Positions 25,528 to 25,681 of a DNA stretch of 25,681 nt are shown here, piece by piece; the stretch's first letter is position 1; every line of letters begins with the position of its first letter. Source of the stretch: a virus (Duplodnaviria > Caudoviricetes); IMG/VR virus record IMGVR_UViG_3300027887_000045, positions 1-25,681 of that record; one strand, 5' to 3'. The notes below the pieces were generated by a model. The model was not told the DNA's origin. It searched no databases and saw only the letters and a list, made by a program, of their open reading frames with translations. The position numbers were made by a program, and so were the translations under genes.

Positions 25528-25681
25528 TCAATCATCAAATGGTCCTCCACCACTTAAAATCCAATCACCAAAAAGCCAAGGTAATACACATAATGTAAAC
25601 CAAGGAAAAAATGCTACCATGTTACCAATCATAGTTATACAACCGAACACCCCAACAATAGAGAATACCAATGGGAGATCA
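25528..25681 (-). CDS. Partial hydrophobic/membrane protein
   Basis: Open frame entering from the window edge (DLPLVFSIVGVFGCITMIG...), stop at 25528. Confidence 0.45.
   Translation of the reverse strand, partial: DLPLVFSIVGVFGCITMIGNMVAFFPWFTLCVLPWLFGDWILSGGGPFDD

Noticed and set aside
1-25681. Alternative genetic code (stop-codon reassignment)
   Set aside because: Long conserved genes are intact in the standard code and TAA, TAG and TGA all end genes at tight junctions.

Overview
AT-rich fragment of a tailed dsDNA phage genome; essentially all real genes are on the minus strand. In transcription order (right to left): many small accessory ORFs (YopX, a 24-aa-repeat exported protein, an FN3 lipoprotein) and an atypical tRNA-like element; an RNA-centred operon behind a strong sigma70-type promoter (four tandem Y-RNA-like hairpins, two with circularly permuted tRNA-like domains, then tRNA-Pro, Ro60/TROVE, a stand-alone Cas7/RAMP-like gene and a ~175-nt non-coding tract with GU every 5 nt); the packaging module (TerS with an RBS-sequestering hairpin, PBSX-type TerL, HK97-type portal); and a >10-kb array in which 10 otherwise unrelated ORFs carry 12 copies of one Gly-rich tag (K-GGPGSGNFGHxGRPGxxGGSGEGGG) fused to diverse cargo domains (ADP-ribosyltransferases, HExxH metallopeptidases, topoisomerase IB, unknowns), interleaved with small untagged partner genes. 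The strongest candidates for new systems are the tagged cargo array (putative modular virion-loading system) and the Cas7-like gene with its pentamer-periodic RNA next to Ro60/Y RNAs. All family calls come from motif recognition by eye; no searches were run.
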